The notes below the pieces were generated by a model. The model did no database searches and was not told the origin of the DNA. It was given only the letters and a program-made list of their open reading frames with translations. DNA of 64,000 nucleotides from an uncultured Verrucomicrobia subdivision 3 bacterium (lineage in GTDB: Bacteria; Verrucomicrobiota; Verrucomicrobiia; Limisphaerales; UBA11358), in the NCBI GenBank assembly GCA_903878805.1, contig CAIRJF010000014.1, positions 18,426 to 82,425 on the forward strand. The letters run 5' to 3'. This document shows, one piece after another, positions 9,440 to 16,689 of the stretch (within the stretch, counting starts at the first letter, position 1; each line of letters opens with the position of its first letter). A program made the position numbers and the translations under genes.

Positions 9440-9991
9440 TCACTTCGGCGTCTGCACGGTTGGCTCGATGACTTTTTTGTGTTCCAGCTTTTCCAGCTTG
9501 GGCGCGATGACGATCTGGCAGTAGGGCGCGTTGGAATTTTCATCATAGTAGCCCTGATGATAATCCTCGGCGGGATAAAATTTCGTGAATGGCACGATTT
9601 CCGTGACAATCGGGCTGCGGAAATTTTCCTGCGCGGCGAGCTTCGCCTTTTCCGCGAGCAGCCGCTGCTTCTCGTCGTGATACAAAATGATGGAGCGGTA
9701 TTGCGTGCCTTCGTCCGCGCCCTGACGATTGAGCGTGGTCGGGTCGTGCGCCTGCCAGAAAACTTCCAGCAGCTTCGCGTAGGAAATTTTGGCAGGGTCG
9801 AACGTGATTTGCGTGACCTCGGCGTGGCCGGTGTCGCCGCCGCAAACTTCGTGGTAGGTCGGGTTGATGACGTGGCCGCCGGCGAAACCGCTGGTCACGG
9901 AAAGCACGCCGGGCAGCCGTTCATAAACCGCTTCCATGCACCAGAAACAACCGCCGCCGAGCGTGGCGCTCTCAAAAGCATTCGTTTTCAT
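9440..9991 (-). CDS. msrA: Peptide-methionine (S)-S-oxide reductase MsrA; 5' end supplied by the inserted element
   Basis: GGGCFWCMEAVY catalytic motif and GHAEVTQITFDP, YHQGYY. Conservative ATG at 9991 (MKTNAFES...). The frame stays open upstream to 10204, and a hydrophobic leader (VISISLFTSILLTGNA) could be used from a TTG. Confidence 0.85.
   Translation of the reverse strand: MKTNAFESATLGGGCFWCMEAVYERLPGVLSVTSGFAGGHVINPTYHEVCGGDTGHAEVTQITFDPAKISYAKLLEVFWQAHDPTTLNRQGADEGTQYRSIILYHDEKQRLLAEKAKLAAQENFRSPIVTEIVPFTKFYPAEDYHQGYYDENSNAPYCQIVIAPKLEKLEHKKVIEPTVQTPK
9933..9972. repeat. attL-like 40-bp imperfect direct repeat (copy 1) within the msrA 5' coding region
   Basis: ccatgcaccagaaacaaccgccgccgagcgtggcgctctc matches 13611-13650 at 37/40 positions. 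The first 16 nt are identical. Confidence 0.75.
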
Positions 9992-10050
9992 TGTCGTTTG
10001 TGCGTTTCCGGTCAATAGAATCGAGGTGAACAGAGAAATTGAAATAACCA

Positions 10051-10080
10051 ACTCGCGGACTACTCGCGGACTACTCGCCA
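10051..10080. repeat. Tandem 11-bp repeat (actcgcggact x2.7) near the left end of the element
   Basis: actcgcggact/actcgcggact/actcgcca read directly. Position near the att site suggests possible recombinase arm-type sites (speculative). Confidence 0.5.
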
Positions 10081-10203
10081 ACCAGTCGAATTGTGTTCCG
10101 TGGCAACGCGTGGCAACGGCATGAATACGCGGGTTGACAGTTAGTATATTATTGTTGCCGCCATTTATGACACCGCTTCTTAACAAGGTAACAAATGAAT
10201 GCA

Positions 10204-10413
10204 TCAGGATTTGGATTGCAGGGAAGCAATCCTCTGCTCCAGCGCGGCCTTCTCGCGCAAAGCCAGGTTCAAAACTGCCGCGCGGTGATTCTTCCGTATC
10301 GCTTCGTTCACGATCCGCGTCACCTCGCCGCGCTCTTCTATTGAGGCTAAAATTAAAGCAACGTCTTCTTCTGGTTGGAATGTTACTGTTACCCTCTTTC
10401 TCTTATTGTTCAT
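10204..10413 (-). CDS. Ribbon-helix-helix (Arc/CopG/MetJ-like) small DNA-binding protein, paralog 1
   Basis: 69 aa. KRVTVTFQPEEDVALILASIEERGEVTRIVNEAIRKN fits a beta-strand plus two helices. It shares TxTFQP[ED]..VA.IL and I[VI]NEAIR with the divergent ORF at 10538. Confidence 0.6.
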   Translation of the reverse strand: MNNKRKRVTVTFQPEEDVALILASIEERGEVTRIVNEAIRKNHRAAVLNLALREKAALEQRIASLQSKS

Positions 10414-10511
10414 AGACTACAACTACGCACATTGTCTTACACTTGTCAAACACTTGCCATGTTCGGGTTTTACCCCATTGTAATTAAATTAAAAATAGTG
10501 CTTGCAAAAAT

Positions 10512-10529
10512 GTCTTACCAATGTAAGAC
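10512..10529. promoter_or_regulatory. Perfect 7-4-7 palindrome GTCTTAC-caat-GTAAGAC in the RHH-RHH divergent intergenic region (candidate operator)
   Basis: Read directly. A further TGTCTTAC half-site lies at 10433-10440, and an ACACTTG direct repeat at 10439-10445 and 10450-10456 (11-bp spacing). Confidence 0.5.
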
Positions 10530-10537
10530 TGTTGCAG

Positions 10538-10702
10538 ATGACAGCAACCACTCGCTCGAATCCAACTATTACGTTCCAGCCCGACAAGGAAGTCGCGCGG
10601 ATTTTACCAAAGATTCTTAAAAAGCAGGCTCGGCGCGGAGTTAGCTTGCGCGGCTTGAAAGCCAGAATCATCAACGAGGCGATCCGGTTGCAATACTCGT
10701 GA
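10538..10702 (+). CDS. Ribbon-helix-helix small protein, paralog 2
   Basis: MTATTRSNPTITFQPDKEVARILPKILKKQARRGVSLRGLKARIINEAIRLQYS. The ORF is open from 10502, but the ATG at 10538 leaves the palindrome in the leader. Confidence 0.55.
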   Translation: MTATTRSNPTITFQPDKEVARILPKILKKQARRGVSLRGLKARIINEAIRLQYS

Positions 10703-10762
10703 CCGCAATCCCTCAAATTCCAGGTTGCTTGCCGGAGGGCTACACGCTCGATTCGCAACTGA

Positions 10763-11190
10763 CCATTTAACAGTTTGCCATCTGGCACCGGCGCGCTCGT
10801 CAAGTGTCCGCTCGGTGGTTACTCCGTCGCCCGCTACGGCATCGAGATGGACAACCGCATCACCTACATTCAGGGTGTCAACCTCGTCAATGCGAACAGT
10901 CAGAAGGTGTTTTGGTCACCCGCGCCGGACAAAACCCAATGGAGGATTGAAAAAATGAGTTGCAAAAGTATGAAGCAGGACGAAAATGACCAAAATTACA
11001 AAAAAGAGTCCACGCTGGTCGTGGGCAAGAAACCATATGGGAAATCCCGATTGATACCACGCCTAATTATACCGACACGCAGGCGCTGCCCGCCGTGGCG
11101 GCCAAGTGGACTTACAAGGCCATCTTCCGCATGGACGAGGCGCACGCCGGCCTGTGGAGCGCGCCCGTGAGCCTCACCGTGGGGGGCTAG
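10763..11190 (+). pseudogene. Fragmented ORF with FN3-like C-terminal end, no credible start, frame change at an A6 run
   Basis: Frame B (10763-11010) has only a TTG start. After tac-aaa-aaa-g (about 11004-11011) the -1 frame continues as ...WEIPIDTTPNYTDTQALPAVAAKWTYKAIFRMDEAHAGLWSAPVSLTVGG*, an FN3-like terminal strand pattern. Confidence 0.35.
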
Positions 11191-11299
11191 CCCGATAAAA
11201 TTTCCCCGACCAAGCCGGCCGGCAAAAATCATGCGGCCGGTTCAAACAAGGTTCGTGGGGGAAAACAACAACAAACCAAGAAAGCTAAAGTAATAAAAT

Positions 11300-12211
11300 A
11301 TGAAACTTAACACACGTAACTGTATCCTGGTGCTGGCGCTGGCCGCCACACCGTTGCTGGCCTCACCGGTCGAACCGATCAACGGCGTGCTGGTGAGCAG
11401 CAATTCCATCACGATTCCTCACAAGGGAGTTTATAATACTAAAAACAAGGTCACCTTGGGCGGCATCTCGCTGTCCTGGTATCAACTGGGCAATTCCAAC
11501 CTCGTGGCCACCCTACCGCCCGGCCTGCCCGCCGGCACCTATACGCTCCATGTGGGATATGAACGGGGAATTGATTTGGCCCTTGGCGTGCAGGGTGCGC
11601 AAGGTCCGCAGGGCATTCAAGGCATAGCAGGTTTAAATGGCACGAACGGTGTTGACGGTATCAACGGCACGAACGGATTGAACGGTATCGCAGGTTTAAA
11701 TGGCACGAACGGTGTCAATGGCATTGATGGAACGAACGGTGTCTTGGTCAGCAACTTTATCCATGCCTATGCCGTTGGCGCCGAGCAATTGTTGACCAAC
11801 TACTTGATTCAATTCCCGAATTCAGTCGTGAACAGCGGAAATTCGACGAATTGGTCTGCGGATGGACTCAACTTTATCATTCCGGCCACCGGCATCTATG
11901 AAATCAAGTTCATGCTCAACGCCGATGGCAATGATCTGGGCGATTCGGCTCCGACCAATATTGCCGTGGATATTACGGACGCGACCACTCCCTTCGTCAC
12001 CGCCGATGGCGTGGATCAAGGTTACTTCCAGTTCAGCGGCACGCAGACGGGTGCCTTGAGCGGGCAGATCATTGAGCATTGCACGGCGGGCGATAGTATC
12101 TGCATCAAAAACGTCTCCACCGGAGCGTTCTCCATTGGTTCGCTGGTGCCGACCAACGCGCCCAGCGCGACCATCTCGATCACGCAGATCCAATCAATCC
12201 AAGCCAACTAA
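11300..12211 (+). CDS. Secreted collagen-like triple-helix repeat protein: signal peptide, IPT/TIG-like domain, 17 G-X-Y triplets, C1q/TNF-like (BclA C-terminal-type) domain
   Basis: Signal peptide MKLNTRNCILVLALAATPLLA. GVQGAQGPQGIQGIAGLNGTNGVDGINGTNGLNGIAGLNGTNGVNGIDGTNG at 11585-11740. C-terminal ~155 aa with a jelly-roll-like pattern (GIYEIKFML...AGDSICIKN...ATISITQI). Confidence 0.75.
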   Translation: MKLNTRNCILVLALAATPLLASPVEPINGVLVSSNSITIPHKGVYNTKNKVTLGGISLSWYQLGNSNLVATLPPGLPAGTYTLHVGYERGIDLALGVQGAQGPQGIQGIAGLNGTNGVDGINGTNGLNGIAGLNGTNGVNGIDGTNGVLVSNFIHAYAVGAEQLLTNYLIQFPNSVVNSGNSTNWSADGLNFIIPATGIYEIKFMLNADGNDLGDSAPTNIAVDITDATTPFVTADGVDQGYFQFSGTQTGALSGQIIEHCTAGDSICIKNVSTGAFSIGSLVPTNAPSATISITQIQSIQAN

Positions 12212-12244
12212 TCCAACCCGGCTAAACTGAATAATTCAAGTTTA

Positions 12245-12288
12245 ATACGGCGGCACGCGGATTCGTCCGTAGCCGCCGTATTTTTTAT
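12245..12288 (+). terminator. Rho-independent terminator after the collagen-like gene
   Basis: Stem atacggcggc / gccgccgtat (10 bp), 17-nt loop, then a T6 run. Confidence 0.7.
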
Positions 12289-12459
12289 TATGCACGAAGA
12301 AGTTTTTGCCAATTCATTTGAACCGACCACCGGAAAGATTTTCGGCGTGGCGTTGGATCGGTATGCCATCGGGCATGAAATGGCGTTAATCCGTTAACAA
12401 GTCCGAAGGGTGGAAGGTGGCGTTTTGGTTGCTACTGCTCGTGGCTGGAATTTTGATTT

Positions 12460-13541
12460 TCAGCCGATAGCCCAGAACTTCCTAGCCTCCACCTTGGTGA
12501 CCAGCGCCATGTAGTGCTTGCGGAGCATGGCCTCGGATGGCCGAGCGCGGTGGCAACCGTTGAGGCGTCACCGGTGTCAGATAACCAATAGCTCGCACAA
12601 GAATGGCGAGTGCAATCCTGCTTCCAGACTTTCCAGCCGATCGCCGCGCGCAACTTCCCTAAATCATCGCTTCGTATGTTCCGACTGACCGGCAGGGCCA
12701 CGTTGTGTTTTTTGACCGCGAGCAGCCACTTGAACACCATCGGCTTTGGATAGACGACGCGCCGCTGGCGAACCTTCGTCGTTTGCGCCTCGACCCGAAT
12801 CCAGCCTTCTTTGAAATTGATGTCTGCCCATGTCGTCTTTTCCGCTTCCTCCGGGCGCAGGCCGGCGAACGTCGAGAGGACGAACCAGCCGAAGATGCGC
12901 GGATTTACCTGCAACCATTTCAAGGATTGCCTAACCTCGTCCACCGTCATCACGGCGGGACTTGGCCGCGTCACCGTGATGGGCTCAAGACGGCGACACG
13001 GATCCGCCGCCATATAACCTTTACGGACGGCGTAATTGAACAGCGTTGAAAGCCGCCCACGATAGCAGCTTCGCGATATGAGATTCTTCGAGCGCAGATA
13101 CGCATCCACGTCAGCGAGTCCAACTCTTTCAATCGGCATCTTCTCGCGACCGGTAGCGAAGCCGTTCAGAATCCAGCCGAGACAATCAATGTAGCGCTCG
13201 TTCCGGCCCGCGCTTCTCTTTGCGTCCAGCATTTCCTTTATCACTACGTCGAGAGCGAGCGAGCTGACCGGTGATTGCGTCTGCACCTGCAAGAACGCCA
13301 GCACGTCCACACCGCGCCGCTTCGCCTCATTGTGCACCATCACTAATTTCTCCTGCTCGTGTTGCGGGATGGATGCGAGCAACTGGCGAACACCGACCAG
13401 CTCGCCGCGAATCTTTGCTGCATGAGCGTCAGCCGAATCCCTGCTCGTGAAGAATTTGCGGCGCACTTTGCCGGTGTCGTGCCAGCGCACGCGCCAGCGA
13501 GAATCACCGCGAACTTTGCATCTTGAAATGAAAACACTCAT
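12460..13541 (-). pseudogene. Tyrosine recombinase/phage integrase, frameshifted immediately before the catalytic-Tyr segment
   Basis: GLRPEE (Arg), CTRHSCASYW (HxxR box) and ALGH are present. After ...ALGH the annotated frame runs into nonsense and stops at 12432. A shift of one frame at about 12538 gives SEAMLRKHYMALVTKVEARKFWAIG* (12460-12537), the canonical integrase C-terminus with Tyr. Likely start MSVFISRCKV at 13541. Confidence 0.7.
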
Positions 13542-13610
13542 TGCGTGGCAACAAATGTGGCAACGATATTTGACGCATCGAAAGGCCAATGAAACGCGCA
13601 CACAAGTAAT

Positions 13611-13650
13611 CCATGCACCAGAAACATCCGCCGCCCAGCGTGGCGGTCTC
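13611..13650. repeat. attR-like 40-bp imperfect direct repeat (copy 2)
   Basis: ccatgcaccagaaacatccgccgcccagcgtggcggtctc. 37/40 identity to 9933-9972. Confidence 0.75.
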
Positions 13651-13743
13651 GATTTTATTTGTGTTCATAAAATTGTTCGTTTGCGCACTTGCGGCGAAGT
13701 GGATTGCGCCCGCCGCCAGCAAAGTAAGTAAAATTATTTTCAT
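13611..13743 (-). pseudogene. msrA: Displaced original 5' end of msrA (signal peptide + GGGCFWCM), truncated at the repeat
   Basis: MKIILLTLLAAGAIHFAASAQTNNFMNTNKIETATLGGGCFWCM, after which the frame reads into integrase-flanking sequence. Homologous to the N-terminus of the intact msrA at 9933-10050. Confidence 0.7.
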
Positions 13744-13802
13744 CGTCGCAGTTCTTTGACCCTCGCATAGCGAAGGCATTCAATCAAATCGAAATGAAAT
13801 GT

Positions 13803-15257
13803 TCACTCGCGGATGATGGCCGTCAAATCCCAGTTCTTCAGCTTCACCATGTCGAGGCTGCGCACGGCAATGCGCAGGCCGTTCGTGCCCGGCAGGTCGC
13901 CGAGATTTTTCGTCGGCAGCACGAGCATGAACGGCGGCGCGTTGGTAAGAAAATTCTGCGCGGCCTTCATGTCACCCAAAATAATCTGGTTCGTTGCGAC
14001 CTTGCGGAATTCCCAGACGAGGCTCGATTCCGTGTAGCCGAAGCAGCCGATTTTCGTTTCCGGTCGAACGTGCGCTTCCGTCGCAAGCCAGAGTTGTTTC
14101 GTGAGAAAATGATTTTGCGCGAAAGTAAAACCAGCGAATGTCAGCAGTAAAACAAAAATGGTCATTGCGATGATGCGTTTGCTGAACCACGCGAAAGCAT
14201 TGCCTTCATTGGCGATTTGCCGCGCGAACCACAGCGCGATGCAGGGGAACGCGGGCATCGTGTAATGCGGCAGCTTTGTCCGCACCAGCGAGAAGACGCC
14301 AAAAACCAAAATCACCTGCACGAGCAGATACCAGCCGAGGTCATCGCGTTTGCGTTCCGGCCACCAGCGACGCAACGCCGACGGCACGCGCGTTGACCAC
14401 GGGAAAAAGCTGACGAAAAAAGTCGCGAAATACAACGGCACGAGCGCGAGGAAACCCAGCGTGCCTTTCATGCCGTGACTGTCAATCACGCTGACCGAGC
14501 GATTCAGGACATGCTCGCCGAGGCCGACCTTGAGGAACGCATTGTTCGTCTGCGCCATCGCCGGCAAACCCCACACGGCCACCAGCACGACGGTAAGCGT
14601 GAGGCCAAGAATGGTTTCCAGCAACGGCAGACGGAACGAATTTTTCCGCAACGCCCGGCCAAGCAAAATTCCGCCAAGCGGCAGCCACGCAATCGGGCCT
14701 TTCGTCAGAAATCCCAGCGCAAGCGCGACGTAAAAAATCCACCACCAAAAGCGGCGGCGCGCTTGTTCGGGGCGCGTCAGTTCCCAGCCGCTCCACACGG
14801 CGAGCGTGCAGAAAAAAACCAGCGCCATGTCCGCCGTCGCCAAGCGTCCGATGATGGCGACGTGCAACCCGGCCACGAATATTGCACCCGCAATCAAAGC
14901 CGTTTTGTTGTCGCCGGTAATTTTTTTGCCCCAGCGCACGAGCAGCAGCGCGGTTCCCGTCGTGAACAGCACCGAGGGCAGACGCGCGCCGAACGGATTG
15001 TCGCCAAAAACTTGGTAGCTGGCGATCTGGCACCAGTAAATCAGCGCCGGTTTGTCGAGCCGCCACGCGCCGTTGAACCACGGCACAACATAGTCGCCGC
15101 GCTGCATCATCTCGCGCGAGGCCTCGCCGAAACGCGCCTCGTCGCGGTCGGTCAGCGGCAGAATCCAGTTGCCCGCGAGCAGCAGCGCGAGCGAAAAAAG
15201 CACAATGGCGGTTTGTGGGCGCGCGGCAATTTTTTCAAACCAAGATGACATAGCCAT
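13803..15257 (-). CDS. ArnT/PMT-like membrane glycosyltransferase (GT39/GT83-type, 4-amino-4-deoxy-L-arabinose transferase-like)
   Basis: 484 aa and polytopic. N-terminal LTDRDEARFGEASREMMQRGDYVVPWFNGAWRLDKPALIYW is the hallmark of this family. Confidence 0.8.
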   Translation of the reverse strand: MAMSSWFEKIAARPQTAIVLFSLALLLAGNWILPLTDRDEARFGEASREMMQRGDYVVPWFNGAWRLDKPALIYWCQIASYQVFGDNPFGARLPSVLFTTGTALLLVRWGKKITGDNKTALIAGAIFVAGLHVAIIGRLATADMALVFFCTLAVWSGWELTRPEQARRRFWWWIFYVALALGFLTKGPIAWLPLGGILLGRALRKNSFRLPLLETILGLTLTVVLVAVWGLPAMAQTNNAFLKVGLGEHVLNRSVSVIDSHGMKGTLGFLALVPLYFATFFVSFFPWSTRVPSALRRWWPERKRDDLGWYLLVQVILVFGVFSLVRTKLPHYTMPAFPCIALWFARQIANEGNAFAWFSKRIIAMTIFVLLLTFAGFTFAQNHFLTKQLWLATEAHVRPETKIGCFGYTESSLVWEFRKVATNQIILGDMKAAQNFLTNAPPFMLVLPTKNLGDLPGTNGLRIAVRSLDMVKLKNWDLTAIIRE

Positions 15258-15352
15258 CGCCAGAAGGATGCAGGAGACGACGCGAGGAGTCGCTAATTTT
15301 TTTCAATTTAAGCCTCGTCACCTCGTCTCCTACAAATTTAGAAACTGCGATT

Positions 15353-16057
15353 TTGGCTTTTATTTGCAGGCGTAACGTATACCTTCGGCGGGTGTTCGTC
15401 ATCGGAAAAATCCGTCCGCACGCATGGCCTTGGCTGCTGGTCGGCATGGCGGCCATCGCGCTGGCTTGGCTGCTCGAAAATCGCGTGGACGCCGCGCTGG
15501 TCGTGTCGCCGAAATCAGATTTGCACGAATTCGCGTGGTGGTGTTCCAAGCTCGGCGAAGGCTGGGTGGCGGCGGTCTGGGGAATTTTTTTCGCGGTAAT
15601 TTTATTGCTGGTGAACCGTCCGCAGCTCGCGGCGAAAATATTTTTTGTCGTGCTCACGTCGGAACTCACCGGCCTCGCGGCGACGATTTTGCGAATTGTG
15701 GCTGGCCGCACGCGGCCGAGCAATCACGCCGTGCCGCAGGGATTTTATGGCGTGTGGCATGATGGCCATTGGATCATCGGTAATCCGGCGTTCAGTTCCT
15801 TTCCGTCCGGCCATGCGGCGTCAGCGGTGGGGCTCACGGCGGCGGCGTGGCTGTTCCATCGCGGCTGGGGTGCGCTTGCGGCGGTGTATGCGCTGGCGGT
15901 GATGTGGTCGCGCATCGCGCTGGAGTGGCATCATCTCTCCGATGTGGTGGCGTCCACGGTGCTGGCGATTCCGCTGGCGCTACTGCTGAAAAAAGTTTTG
16001 TTCCCGACCGTAGAATTTCAATTTGGAAATCTAAACCGCGCGTTACGGAAGAAATAA
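15353..16057 (+). CDS. PAP2-family membrane phosphatase
   Basis: PAP2 motifs GRTRPS, PSGHAA, SRIALEWHHLSDV. The start is uncertain (several in-frame starts). Confidence 0.8.
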   Translation: MAFICRRNVYLRRVFVIGKIRPHAWPWLLVGMAAIALAWLLENRVDAALVVSPKSDLHEFAWWCSKLGEGWVAAVWGIFFAVILLLVNRPQLAAKIFFVVLTSELTGLAATILRIVAGRTRPSNHAVPQGFYGVWHDGHWIIGNPAFSSFPSGHAASAVGLTAAAWLFHRGWGALAAVYALAVMWSRIALEWHHLSDVVASTVLAIPLALLLKKVLFPTVEFQFGNLNRALRKK

Positions 16058-16059
16058 TT

Positions 16060-16689
16060 CTATGTCCCAAACAACCGGTCGCCCGCGTCGCCGAGGCCGG
16101 GCAGGATGTAGCCGACGCTGTTCAACTGCCGGTCAATCGCGGCGGTGAAAATGGGTAGCGTCTTGAAACTATTTCTTACGCGGGCAATTCCTTCCGGCGC
16201 GGCGACGAGGCTCACGAGCCGGAGATTTTTCGCACCTTGCGCGCGCAAATAATCCAGCGCGGCCACGGCGCTGCCGCCGGTCGCGAGCATCGGGTCAATG
16301 AGAATGATTTCCACATTGCGCAAATTCTTCGGCAAACTTTTTTGGTAAAAGTGCGCGGCCAAAGTTTTTTCGTCCCGCTTCAAGCCGAGAAAACCGACGC
16401 GCGCGTGCGGAATTATTTTCAAAATGCCGTCGAGCATTCCCAAGCCGGCGCGCAAAATGGGCACGAGGACGATTTCGTTTTGCAACTGGGCACCGGTGGT
16501 TTTTTCCAACGGCGTGCGGACGGAAATTTTTTTCAGCGCGAAGGAGCGCGTGGCTTCGTAAGTCATCAAAGCCGCGATTTCATTGAGTAATTGGCGGAAC
16601 TCCTGCGGCTGCGTCCGCGCGTCGCGCAACCGCGTGAGGTTGTGCTGCACAAGCGGATGACTTACAACGATGACGTTTTTCACGTTCAA
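16060..16689 (-). CDS. upp: Uracil phosphoribosyltransferase
   Basis: 209 aa. HPLVQHNLTRLRD, IDPMLATGGS (PRPP loop), YILPGLGDAGDRLFGT C-terminus. Confidence 0.9.
   Translation of the reverse strand: MNVKNVIVVSHPLVQHNLTRLRDARTQPQEFRQLLNEIAALMTYEATRSFALKKISVRTPLEKTTGAQLQNEIVLVPILRAGLGMLDGILKIIPHARVGFLGLKRDEKTLAAHFYQKSLPKNLRNVEIILIDPMLATGGSAVAALDYLRAQGAKNLRLVSLVAAPEGIARVRNSFKTLPIFTAAIDRQLNSVGYILPGLGDAGDRLFGT

Larger units (their letters stand above)
9933..13650. mobile_element. Small decayed integrative element inserted in the msrA 5' end
   Basis: Bounded by the 40-bp repeats. The integrase gene abuts the right repeat. A displaced msrA 5' fragment lies just outside the right repeat. AT-richer interior (hand count of 10141-10200 gives 33% GC). 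Cargo genes are unrelated to the flanks. Confidence 0.7.

Noticed and set aside
11585-11740. Short tandem nucleotide repeats (ggtttaaatggcacgaacggtgt occurs twice) that could be mistaken for a VNTR or CRISPR-like array
   Set aside because: The periodicity is 9 or 18 nt within an open reading frame and translates to G-X-Y collagen triplets. There is no spacer/repeat architecture.
12291-12398. 35-aa ORF (MHEEVFANSFEPTTGKIFGVALDRYAIGHEMALIR) between the collagen-gene terminator and the integrase
   Set aside because: It is very short, has no RBS, and starts inside the terminator T-tract. It may be a remnant of a lost element gene but cannot be supported.
13447-13731. 94-aa plus-strand ORF spanning the integrase start and the right att repeat
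   Set aside because: It runs antisense to both the integrase 5' end and the msrA remnant. It is an artefact of the junction.
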